Origin: Octopus bimaculoides
Taxonomy: Eukaryota
Assembly: GCF_001194135.2 (NCBI RefSeq)
Contig: NC_068989.1
Coordinates: 9,594,223 to 9,658,222 of the forward strand
Direction: 5' to 3'
DNA: 64,000 bases
Part shown: positions 51,813 to 63,975 of the stretch, piece by piece
Layout: every line of letters starts with the position of its first letter
Position numbering within the stretch: the first letter of the stretch is position 1
Notes under the pieces: generated by a model
What the model saw: the letters and a program-made list of their open reading frames with translations, nothing else
Database searches by the model: none
What the model was told of the DNA's origin: nothing
Program-made: the position numbers and the translations under genes

Positions 51813-52032
51813 CCTTTCAGCATTCAAACTGGCTATATCTAGCCTAAATGTTCTCCCTATCTTATGCTCAAACCAGCCAGATGCAACCTGTCACACCTAC
51901 CCTACAATGTCCTTCTAAAAAATAAGCCGTCACATCATGAAAACCTCAAAGCTATGAGATAATCCATGATTAATTCAAAACAACGTGAATAATAAGCATT
52001 ACATTTGACAGAATAAACTGAATGCAAAAGGG
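51813..52032. mobile_element. piggyBac-like MITE (second family)
   Basis: ttaa|cctttcagcattca ... tgaatgcaaaaggg|ttaa. Confidence 0.75.
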
Positions 52033-52086
52033 TTAATAGATCAATATAGGGTAAATGATTCTGTACATATCTATACTATATATAAA

Positions 52087-52270
52087 CACTCTCGGAGTGG
52101 TTGGTGTTAGGAAGGGCATCCAGCTGTAGAAACTCTGCCAGATCAGATTGGAGCCTGGTGCAGCCATCCGGTTNNNNNNNNNNGCCTGGTGCAGCCATCC
52201 GGTTCACCAGTCCTCAGTCAAATCATCCAACCCATGCTAGCATGGAAAGCGGACGTTAAACAATGATGAT
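52087..52270 (+). mobile_element. RTE-type tail repeat (family D)
   Basis: cactctcggagtggttggtgttaggaagggcatccagctgtagaaactctgcc...ggacgttaaacaatgatgat. Confidence 0.9.
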
Positions 52271-53239
52271 AATAAATTAATGCATATATATACACACAAA
52301 GGCTTTGTCCAGCTTCTTCATTTCAAATAACACCCTCTATATGCCAAGTATTACCTGTGTGGATAACTTATAGCAGAGTACTATATTTTTAACTTATGGA
52401 ACTTCTAAAACTACACACACACACACACACACACACACGTATGTGTGTGGTAAATATAACATTGATTTCATGCTATTGTTCCACTCTGGTGTTTGTGTAG
52501 GTGTTGATGCAAGTAATTTTTGCCATCTTCAGTGGATGTAATGCTAAGAAGATGAAAGTTCACAGATACATACACTCACATACAGCACTTATCGTCAGGG
52601 ATAGACTGGTGGGGAAAAAAAATACATAGTACAGTCTAAAGACAGGTATAAATTTAAAATTAGAAAAATAACAACTAAAACATAATATTGTAACTATGAC
52701 AGATAACCATAACAACAATAATAATAATAATAATAATAAAAGGGGATATTGATCCTAGCTAGTCGTGTTTGATGCAATAAAATCAGTGAATCTAACTTTA
52801 GTATGGAAGTTCTGTGAACATGTGTGAGTGTGTGTGTGTAGTCAGCTAATGACATGTCTTAGCATATGCTCAGTGAAGCAACAGCAACTTTCTCCTGTCC
52901 ACTTTATGAAATATATTGTCATTAAGTAGCAATATTGAAAATATTGTCATATACACACACACATCCTTCTACATCAAACTGCATTCTCACATTGACAGAT
53001 CAGGAGTGGTGCAGCTCTTACAAGTTTATGCATAAGCAGCTAATGTAAAAATGTACACAGCTATTTAAAGTAATTGGTAAGCTGCAAATGTAGCTTTGTA
53101 CAATAACGTCAGCAATTTGTATACATGATGTGATATTAAAAAGATACTTTCCTCTACTCCCAACCCTGTATACATCTCTTACTTCTTTGGTCATAAACAA
53201 ACGACACACACACACATGTGTACGTATATAACATTATAT

Positions 53240-54202
53240 ANNNNNNNNNNNNNNNNNNNNNNNNNNNNNNNNNNNNNNNNNNNNNNNNNNNNNNNNNNNN
53301 NNNNNNNNNNNNNNNNNNNNNNNNNNNNNNNNNNNNNNNNNNNNNNNNNNNNNNNNNNNNNNNNNNNNNNNNNNNNNNNNNNNNNNNNNNNNNNNNNNNN
53401 NNNNNNNNNNNNNNNNNNNNNNNNNNNNNNNNNNNNNNNNNNNNNNNNNNNNNNNNNNNNNNNNNNNNNNNNNNNNNNNNNNNNNNNNNNNNNNNNNNNN
53501 NNNNNNNNNNNNNNNNNNNNNNNNNNNNNNNNNNNNNNNNNNNNNNNNNNNNNNNNNNNNNNNNNNNNNNNNNNNNNNNNNNNNNNNNNNNNNNNNNNNN
53601 NNNNNNNNNNNNNNNNNNNNNNNNNNNNNNNNNNNNNNNNNNNNNNNNNNNNNNNNNNNNNNNNNNNNNNNNNNNNNNNNNNNNNNNNNNNNNNNNNNNN
53701 NNNNNNNNNNNNNNNNNNNNNNNNNNNNNNNNNNNNNNNNNNNNNNNNNNNNNNNNNNNNNNNNNNNNNNNNNNNNNNNNNNNNNNNNNNNNNNNNNNNN
53801 NNNNNNNNNNNNNNNNNNNNNNNNNNNNNNNNNNNNNNNNNNNNNNNNNNNNNNNNNNNNNNNNNNNNNNNNNNNNNNNNNNNNNNNNNNNNNNNNNNNN
53901 NNNNNNNNNNNNNNNNNNNNNNNNNNNNNNNNNNNNNNNNNNNNNNNNNNNNNNNNNNNNNNNNNNNNNNNNNNNNNNNNNNNNNNNNNNNNNNNNNNNN
54001 NNNNNNNNNNNNNNNNNNNNNNNNNNNNNNNNNNNNNNNNNNNNNNNNNNNNNNNNNNNNNNNNNNNNNNNNNNNNNNNNNNNNNNNNNNNNNNNNNNNN
54101 NNNNNNNNNNNNNNNNNNNNNNNNNNNNNNNNNNNNNNNNNNNNNNNNNNNNNNNNNNNNNNNNNNNNNNNNNNNNNNNNNNNNNNNNNNNNNNNNNNNN
54201 NN
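53240..54202. other. Largest assembly gap; others at 4793-5273, 14106-14838, 15254-15464, 19856-20145, 23151-23534, 25160-25822, 59123-59316
   Basis: Runs of N, mostly flanked by (TA)n or homopolymers. Confidence 1.
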
Positions 54203-54233
<31 letters not shown>

Positions 54234-54921
54234 CACACACATAAATATATATATACACACACACATCAATAAATATATTTAAATATATATATGAAACTAA
54301 ATACATAAAAACACACATGCACGTGCGTATACACATGTAAACATATGCACTTCCATAATTATACATTGATACATACGTACATATGCGTGTGGGTGTTCTA
54401 CAATATGCAAAACTGTACGTCTTACATTTCACTATAGATACAAATTGGAAACAGAGCAACAAAATAGATATAATGGAGGTTTCATAAAATCTAAGGGTTT
54501 ATCAAATTACTTGATTTTATTTTATTTATGTTTTTTTTTTTGCTTGAAAAAAAAAATGTAAATGAAAGCTAAGACAAATTAAAAAAGCACTACCCCTACC
54601 TCTTTCATTTTTGCATCACACTAATGGGCTCGAAAGGTAATAAGACAGGTTGGAGTATGTTTTCTTATTAAAGTAGGGAACACAGCTTTTATTTTTCTTC
54701 ATGTAACCTAGCAATGATGCACACACAGAGTATATTACATACCTGTGTATGCACATTACATGCAATATGTGTGTGCATATATATATACATACAAAACATA
54801 CATACATACAAGCATATGTATGTATGTATCTATATGTTGGTGTGCGTGTATCTGTTTGTGAATATATATATACACACACACACACATATATGTATCTATT
54901 TATATGTATGTATGTTTGTGA

Positions 54922-54954
<33 letters not shown>

Positions 54955-55040
54955 TACATATATAGAGAGACTCACACATACAAATACATAAATACAATAC
55001 ATACATTTGCATGTGTATGTATATATATATATATATATAT

Positions 55041-55075
<35 letters not shown>

Positions 55076-55558
55076 TGGATATAGTACTATATCCATATCT
55101 ATATATCTATATATATAGTACACACACATATATACATACATGCACACACTTATATACATACATGCATATATCTACATTTATACAATTCATACATACACAC
55201 ATTTGTGCGTGCCAAAAAAAAAAAAAGAAACTTGATAATATACATATGCATATATATATATATATGCATGTGCATGTTTGTGTATGTGTGTATAAGGATG
55301 TGTTTTCTATAATTGATAATACAAAAGAAGCATCTTCCAAGATGATATTTCCAACGTTATTCCGTTTTCTCTTATCTATAGGCATAATATTTTTTAAAAA
55401 TACAAAAATAATTAAAAATTAAAATAACAAAAAATGCGAAAAATTTGACAATAACAATGATGTTGATTATGCTACTGGTGATAGCTCTGTAGTCGACGAT
55501 AATGATTCCAAGATTAAACATCATATGACTTGTTTCAAAGTTGAATATTCCGACATCA

Positions 55559-55590
<32 letters not shown>

Positions 55591-55827
55591 TAAATTTTCC
55601 TCAATAGACTTCCGATGAAACTGAACAATTAGTCCATTACTTTATATAACAAATGGCTTCAGATAAAAATTAAAGCTATCAACCATAAACACACACACAC
55701 ACACACATATAACATATGCACACACACGTACACACTTTGATGTCGATTTCTAATTATTACTGTGTCCAGTAGTTTTATTACTTCAAAAGTTACCTTGTTC
55801 TTCAGTTTTGAAGGGTGATTTTTATAC

Positions 55828-55864
<37 letters not shown>

Positions 55865-56146
55865 TGTGACAGAAAGGTAATACACCAGAATGACTGTATT
55901 TTAGTAGTTAGTTATGCTTTTTCATGTCACAAATTCAAAACCTGTCAGCGCCAATACTACTATTCTATCTCTTGAGTTTAAAAAAAAAAAAACCAGCTGT
56001 TTATTTTTTGTTGTGTTTTTTTTTTTAGGTTGAGTGCATCCATCTGCTCTCACTTACGAATCTATTATCTTGCACTAACATAAAAAAAACTATCACTTTC
56101 ATATTTATTATTAAAATTATTATTATTATTATTATTATTATTAAAA

Positions 56147-56374
56147 AGGTGGGGCGTTGGCAGAACTGTTAGCATGCTGGACAAAATGGTTAGCAGCATT
56201 TCGTCTGTCACTGCATTCTGAGTTCAAATTCCGCCGAGGTCGACTTTGCCTTTCATCCTTTCAGGGTCGATAAATACAGTACCAGTGGAACATTGGGGTT
56301 GATGTAATCAACTAGTCCCCACCCAACAAATTTCAGGTCTTGTGCCTCCAGTAGAAAGGATTATTATTATTATT
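56147..56374 (+). mobile_element. Family C SINE with (ATT)n tail
   Basis: Full head and core, ending agaaaggattattattatt. Confidence 0.85.
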
Positions 56375-56505
56375 ACAAGTTTCGTTGGAACTCCCACAGT
56401 CTTGCATGCATAACAGGCTTACTACCTGCAGCCTACAGTACCCTGCTATTCATTCTTTTCGGCTATCTAATACTTTCCTGATTATTCTGGCCATGCCAAG
56501 GAGAC
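56375..56505 (-). mobile_element. 5'-truncated R4/Dong-like LINE 3' end inserted in (TAA)n
   Basis: Minus strand reads LLGMARIIRKVLDSRKE* (cf. the LLGTA.I.RKVL C-terminus of RLE LINEs), followed by a short 3'UTR. (TAA)n on both sides. Confidence 0.75.
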
Positions 56506-57728
56506 ATTATTATTATTATTATTATTATTCTTATTATTATTATTATTATTGCTAAGTTATGATACAATTCTGCAGTAAGAGTACATGAAAGCATTGAAAC
56601 TTATTGGAAGTAACCAAAGTGGACACAATGATTGATACAGAAAACACTTCAATTAAACAATTTGATGGCAGTGGTGGTGGTGTGTGTGTGTAGTGGGGGC
56701 TGTATGTGTTAGTAGTACTGTTAAGAAGGAAGCAGTGGTAGTGGTGGTGGTGGAATATAGCTGAGTGATATGATGTTTCTGTAAGATCTGTTACAAGTTG
56801 AACAGGCAAGTTTGAGAGTAGAGTTTATGGAAGCTTATATTCTCTCCCTGACACATTGCAACGAGAACCTGTGACACCAGCTACACTTAAGCCAGTCGAT
56901 CAAGCAGGCAAAAGAAGCATCACAAAGTCAGCGTATGCAAGAAAAATCTAATAAATATGTGTGAAGACATAGTTTAATATCCATTCTTTGGCACCTTCTG
57001 TGATTAAAATGTAGTCATTTTTTTTCCTAATGTTAACTGACTTCAAAGAAAAATGGCAAAGTTTGGCATCGTAAGTTCAGAAGAACCTAAAGCTATACGG
57101 ATATAAATATTCAAGTGTGTGCATTTATGTGTATATATGTGTGTGTGTGGCAGAGAGAGAGAGAGAGCAAGAGAACAGAAAGACATAAATTACACACAGG
57201 AATCTGTATAAGTTATATATATATATATATATATATATATGCATATATATGCATATGTGTGCATATGTATATATGCATATATACACACACATATATATAT
57301 ATAACACCTACATACACATACAATTTACATATATATATATACATACACATATTCAAAATGCATACATATACATACACAACATACATATGCAATATGCATA
57401 CATATGCAAAGTACATACATATACATATGCAATATATATATACACACACACATATATATTAGTATATAAAATTATCCATACATATTAAAAATCCTTTGAA
57501 CTTTATCCATACATACACTAGAAAGTTCATAGCATTCTCAAGATTTATGTATTAGTGAAGAGAGATGTGTTTGCATATTCAATCATGTCTATTTTTATGT
57601 GCAGCCCAGAGAAATCAAATCAAGAAGATTTGATTTTGGATCTATTGAGTGGTTGCTACATGTGTCAAACTTTTTTTGTTGTCTTTTGGTTTTATTTTTA
57701 TTACTTTTTTATGTTTATTTTATTTGGT

Positions 57729-57762
<34 letters not shown>

Positions 57763-57914
57763 AGACAAGTTTCTTATTACGGAGTAAAGATTTTAGAAAA
57801 TATAGTCTTCTCAAATTTAAGAGGTTTTTCTTCATTATATTAACAATTGATATTAGTCAAATCTGCATTTTGATTGGAACTGGGGATTACAAAATCCGTT
57901 GTAATAAGCATAAG

Positions 57915-58120
57915 CATGGAGTTTGCTTCCCAACTGCATGGTTCTGGGTTCAGTCCCACTGCATGGCACCTTGAGCAAGTGTCTGTTACTATAGCCTCAG
58001 GCCAACCAAAACTTTGGGAGTGGGTTTAGCAGACAGAAACTGAAAGAAGCCCATTGTGTGTGTACATACACACATACACCTATATATACACGCATGTGTG
58101 TGTGTGTATATATATATGAA

Positions 58121-58173
<53 letters not shown>

Positions 58174-58597
58174 GAAAGAAGCCCATTGTGTGTGTACATA
58201 CATATATATATATATATATATATGCATGTGTGTATGTATATATATATGTATGTCAGTCTATACATATGTATGTACGTATATGTATATACACACACACATA
58301 TACATACACATATATATACACATACATACATATACATATGTATGTATATATATACATATACACACACACATGTGTGTGTTTGTGTCTGTTCTCCACTTCA
58401 ACCACCACTTGACAAGCAGTGTTGGTGTGTTTATGTCTGCGTAACATAGCAGTTCAACAAAAGAGATTGACAGAATAAGCACCAAGCTTTTAAAAAAAGT
58501 AAGTACTGGGGGGGGGGGGCGATTCATTCGACTAAAAATTCTTCCAGACGCTGCCCCAGCATGGCCGCAACCTAATGCCTGACAGAAGTAAAAGATA
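57915..58597 (+). mobile_element. Family A/B SINE with greatly expanded internal microsatellite
   Basis: A part ends gaaagaagcccattgtg (duplicated at ~58043 and ~58174). B part at 58380-58597. Confidence 0.8.
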
Positions 58598-58891
58598 ATA
58601 AGGGAATTTAGATGCACATATACCCAATACTTGTGCGTATGCATGTATGTGTGTGTGTATTGCAGTGTTTACAATGAACCTGGTTCAATCTAAGTGGACT
58701 ACTTTCAAAAATGGTGCTTACTTAATACATAATACAGGTTTTCTGTTGTTTTAGTTAAAAAATGGAACAATGAATGCTTTGATCTGTAAGCCATTATCAA
58801 GTGCCATTTCCTACTTGATATATAGAAGCAACTATTGTACCAAGCTTTAAATAATACACACACATTTTGCACAAGTGTGTGTGTATGTATA

Positions 58892-58973
<82 letters not shown>

Positions 58974-58995
58974 ATGCAAATACATAGATACACAA

Positions 58996-59031
<36 letters not shown>

Positions 59032-59317
59032 TCATATATACATGCAAACACATTATAGATCCACACATGCACATAGACGTGCATATTTATATGCATACAC
59101 ACACAAACACATGTATATATATNNNNNNNNNNNNNNNNNNNNNNNNNNNNNNNNNNNNNNNNNNNNNNNNNNNNNNNNNNNNNNNNNNNNNNNNNNNNNN
59201 NNNNNNNNNNNNNNNNNNNNNNNNNNNNNNNNNNNNNNNNNNNNNNNNNNNNNNNNNNNNNNNNNNNNNNNNNNNNNNNNNNNNNNNNNNNNNNNNNNNN
59301 NNNNNNNNNNNNNNNNN

Positions 59318-59353
<36 letters not shown>

Positions 59354-60192
59354 GGTATAAAAGGAAATATTTTTTAAATCTTTATAATAAGGATCTTGCT
59401 GCTTCGACTAAAATGAAAAATGAGAAAGAAAAGCCTGAGAGACAGAGAGAGAAGAAACATCAAGAGAGAAGGAAAAAAAAACACTTGACACATGTAGTAA
59501 GCACTCTATAGATCCGAAATCAAATCCTCTTGATTTGGTCCGTGGGCTATACAAAAAGATATATTAATGCACACGCGCACGCACAGACACATACATGCAA
59601 GCACACACACACACACACAAATGGAAGTACAAGTGGTTCTACAAAGAGGAGGAAGAGAACTCAGTACATGATGTTGAGTATGCATTTTGTTTTTTTTTTT
59701 GTTTTTTTTTTTAGTTGCAGCTACTACAGGACATAGATTTTCATGCCAAAGCACTTTTCAAACTGAGATGAAAAAAGAAAACAGAAATGTATTTATAGAA
59801 TTTTTGAAAATCAATAGAATGTTCTAAAGAATATCATTAATGCCAAATTATTACAATACATAAACTTGAAAGGTCATTGGTATTGCATGTTGAGAAGAAG
59901 AAATGAAAATATGTCTACATGTATGCATATAGAAATTTTATTTACACACTCACACAAACAACAAATATACATACTCACACACATGTACAAATGTAACAAC
60001 TATTCATTGTACTTGTGTGCACATGTATGTGTTTGAATGAATAATAATCATATAGAATATAAGTGCACACATATCTACCTATGTGTATATGTAACCAAAC
60101 AAGCATCTCCATTATAAGTATAGAGAAATACATACATTCATATAAACATTCATACATGCTTCAGTGTACAGACATGAAAAAAGTTTAAAATG

Positions 60193-60310
60193 TTTAAGAC
60201 AAGACTTAACCAACACACATATTCATTCAAGTACACAGATGAAATAGCACCACTTTCTCTCGGTATATTTGGGACCTAAAGGATACAACAATCCAAAATT
60301 TCAATTGAGA
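60193..60310 (+). mobile_element. Penelope-like element GIY-YIG endonuclease-region fragment (frameshifted)
   Basis: FKTRLNQHTYSFKY / NSTTFSRYIWDLKD matches the recalled PLE motif FK.R...H..SF.....NST.LS.YIW.LK. Confidence 0.75.
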
Positions 60311-60592
60311 GAGCACACTTATGCATCAATGAATTTAAATGCCTTCTCTGTTGATCTGTTTAAAATGCCATGTACTGATATAATTAATATGCATATGTAT
60401 ATGGTTACAACACCCACCTCCAGGCATTTTTGAAGAAATATGAACACAGATGTGTACATATTTATGTGTGTGTATGTAGGTATGTGTATGCGTGAGTGTG
60501 TGTGTACATACATAGGACTATTTGTGTGTGGTGTGTGCATGTGTACATCAATCATTACATTAAATAAGTGTCATATATATATATATATATAT

Positions 60593-60768
60593 ATCGTTAT
60601 CCTTCCTCCATTTCTAACAAAACTGTCCGATGAACGGGAACGTGAAACTCAGAGTAACGGTTTTTTTGTTATATTTCTGCTGCTTTTAAATAAAGCATAT
60701 TACTCTACCTCTGGTATTTGAGTACTCTTTTTTCCACCTTGTTGCACATTTCATGTGTTTACTCCGGT
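60593..60768 (+). mobile_element. Penelope-type pseudo-LTR tail between (TA)n tracts
   Basis: Carries the hammerhead motif below, an aataaa, and ends ctccggtatata. Lies 300 bp downstream of, and co-oriented with, the GIY-YIG fragment. Confidence 0.6.
60619..60664 (+). ncRNA. Type I hammerhead motif, one core mismatch (U4C)
   Basis: aaaactgt-CCGATGA-acg(ggaa)cgt-GAAA-ctc(a)gaGTA-acggtttt. Helix I is 8 bp. Helix III region ACUC-A-GAGU is palindromic. Confidence 0.7.
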
Positions 60769-60778
60769 ATATATATAT

Positions 60779-60827
<49 letters not shown>

Positions 60828-62339
60828 CAGATAGATAGATATATATATATACATACATATATACACATACATATACTTTCTACTTCTAATGCTCATATTA
60901 TAATAAATGAACAATACAAGAAAAGAAAATTACATATAATGATGCATGCCTAATCTATATGGAAGAATTATACTCAATGTATATGTGTGTATGTACATAT
61001 ATGTATGTGTGTATGCATATATATTATACACAACATATATCCACCCAAAACACACACACACACATCTATCTGCATGTAGCATATTCTAAACACTGTGAAT
61101 ACATTTATGAAGAAGGTGTATATGTGTTTGGATATGCACATGTATACACATTACATAAAAATAGAGAAGCATCTATCCATATGCATGAGAATGCATGCAT
61201 GTATATATGTGCCCATGGTGTGTCTTCATCTGCTTGAATACATTGACATTCGAGGCACTCATGTGTATACACATATGTGAGCATGCATTTTCATGTGTAT
61301 ACTCAAACACACACACATATCAATTTCTATAACCTGAACTGTGTGGGAGGATCACAGTGATAAGTATAAATATACTTATGCAGGCATGTAGCTTATTGTA
61401 TATTAACACAAGTTTTTCCACTGCTATTTTGTCGCAAATTCTTTTCATTTTCTTAGCATTTCATCATATTGTGTTGATGCTAGAATTTCCTCAGCTTTTT
61501 CCTCTCCTTTACTTCCCACTTTCCACACATATCTGTATATGCTCAGCCTTCCTATATAAAGTACATTGTAGGCAAGTACACATAGTCATACATATGTAAT
61601 TGTATATTTGTAGTGTGTATTGTGTCGATATGTATATGTGTATATTTATCTGTATGCACGTGCATGTATATGCAAACTTAGATACATGTGTATGTAAGCT
61701 CATGCACATTTGTTCATTTATAAATATATGAATATGTGTTATGTATTACATAAATATGTGAATATGTATGTAATATATATACATATATACGCATGCATGC
61801 ATGCATGTATGCATGATGGTTGCAACCCAATAACACAATTTCAAGCATTGCCATCACTTGACTGTTCTCTTAAAGCAGCATGGTTGTCATTTTTCACTCT
61901 TTTACACAAATGTGGCAAATGATGGGCACCTCCTACAGCAGGTGTTTAGAGAATGCAACACACATACTAACACATGCCTTCATTTCCATATTGAACCTTT
62001 TTGCCTTGTTCGGCTAAGGCCAACCATAATGCGCAGCACATAATAAAGCAGTTAGAAATCAAATGGCAGGCATTCGTACGAGTGTGTATGTTGAGCCTCA
62101 GTATACGAAGTAGAGTGTAGCAAATGTTTATGATATAATAGTTTCCTGTTTAGACACAATACCAGGAATCTTGAGGGGAAGGGATTAGCTGCCACCACCA
62201 ACCCCAGTAAATGACTGGTACTTTATTTTATTGAGCCTGAAAGGCAAAGTTGACCAGTGGTATTGCTGGAGAAAATGCTACTAAACAATTTGTCTGCCAT
62301 TCTCAATATTCGGCCAGCTCGCTGCCTTATACATATATA

Positions 62340-62502
62340 CGATGGGCTTCTTTCAGTTTCCGTCTACCAAATCCACTCACAAGGCTTTGGTCGGCTCGAG
62401 GCTATAGTAGAAGACACTTGTCCAAGGTGCCACAGAGTGGGACTGAACCCGGAACCATGTGGTTGGTAAGCAAGCTACTTACCACACAGCCACTCCTGCG
62501 CC
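62340..62502 (-). mobile_element. Young family A SINE
   Basis: Near-exact reverse complement of 45642-45805. Confidence 0.92.
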
Positions 62503-62643
62503 TTATGTTTATAAAAAAAATTATCTTTGCAAGTATGCATATAGATACAAGTCTAGCTGTATGTGCGTGGAATATATATGTATGTGTGCATGTGCATATA
62601 TATATATATATACATAGGTGGATGTATATACATAAATGTAAGC

Positions 62644-62685
<42 letters not shown>

Positions 62686-63559
62686 GTGTGTGCTGATTAT
62701 TTACTTATTTTTACTGAAATACTTATGAATGTACACTAGCACGTAAAGAAGTTGAGATTTTTGTATGTATGCACATGCGTGAGCATGCACTTGCAAATGT
62801 GCATGTACGGACATGTAAATAAACTATTACATGGATACGCATACATATATTTGTTTAGAACTTAATAAACCAATGAATTTTCAATTTTATGGACCGTGAT
62901 CATGTGATGTTAATGGCATTTTTTTTTTTTTAGAACATTTTATCAATTTCCATAAACAATTCTATGAATACAATTACAAGTTTTTAATTTTTCTTTTTGT
63001 TTTTAAATTTCAGTTTGAAAAGTGCTTCGGCATGGAACCCTAGGTTCCCAAATAACTCCTTTAGTATTCAGCAAACAGAAACCCTCTCACACATGCAAAT
63101 ACGTACACACATGCATATACACACACATAGGTCTACTCTATATGGTAAGACCTGTGTCCAAACGATAACAGACAATGCAGTTATTGTAATAAAGGCCTAA
63201 AAGTTATGACTTCAATCAAGACGTTGCCATATCACAGTCTCAACTTGTTATCACAACTACATAGTCTTTCTTTTAAATCTTATTAAACTATTCGTTTATA
63301 GTAAAATTCGTTTATAGTAAATGTGTATGAAGATGGAGGTGATGTAAAATCTATTGAGTACAACTGATATCTTTACTTTCTGCTTTTCTTGCATTCATAT
63401 ACCTTGTCTGTTCAGACTTCTTATTCTCAAACATCCAGTTGTGATATATTGTCACTCGGTAACTAGAGAACTTTCACTGCTTATAATAAATTGATATATA
63501 ACTTATGTACAAGGTCAGCACAAGTTTTACAAGAACTTATATTCAATTAAATTAATCAT

Positions 63560-63975
63560 TATTTACATTATTTACATTATTTACATTCGACAGATATTTG
63601 TCCTCATCTTGTTTGTTGTTGTTAACACAATGTTTCGGCTGATATACCCTGCAGCCTTCTACGCTATATGCCCATGGGCATATGGCATAGTGGTTAAGAG
63701 CGTGGGCTACTAACCCCAAGATTCCGAGTTCAATTCCAAGCAGTGACCTGAACAATAACAATAATAATAATAATAATAATAATAATAACGACATTGAAAA
63801 ATACCTTAGGAATGAGAACCCAGGTTTGAAATTTCCCCAAGACACCTGATGAAGACTGGAGGGTATATCAGCCAATACGTTGTGTTAGCAACAAACAAGA
63901 TGAGGACAAATATCCGTCGAATGTAAATAATGTAAATAATGTACATAATTCCTCATCTCTTAAATATAGAACTGT
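63560..63975 (+). mobile_element. Complete tRNA-headed, hammerhead-tailed non-autonomous retroelement with inverted 5' tail copy and 11-bp TSD
   Basis: Inverted tail 63560-63659; palindrome 63666-63683; A box TGGCATAGTGG 63683-63693; B-box-like GAGTTCAATTCC 63726-63737; (AAT)n; tail to 63975. TSD aaattaatcat at 63549-63559 and 63976-63986. Confidence 0.85.
63842..63885 (+). ncRNA. Minimal hammerhead motif, probably inactivated in this copy (GAAA->AATA)
   Basis: acac-CTGATGA-a-gactg(gagggtatat)cagcc-AATA-c-GTT-gtgt. The intact GAAA is preserved in the sister copies at 28869-28872 and 63633-63636. Confidence 0.75.

Noticed and set aside
52153-52204. Direct duplication gcctggtgcagccatccggtt around a short N run
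   Set aside because: Probably an unmerged contig overlap.
3897-59377. Numerous YI/HT/CV/MY-rich ORFs
   Set aside because: Translations of (TA)n/(CA)n/(TACA)n tracts.
4677-59377. Long ORFs containing X runs (e.g. 13832-14965, 53191-54462)
   Set aside because: Artefacts of N gaps.
63683-63745. Genuine tRNA gene (also heads at 4505, 10801, 13322, 45642)
   Set aside because: A/B boxes are present but acceptor and T stems do not pair properly, and each continues into a repeat body. These are SINE heads.
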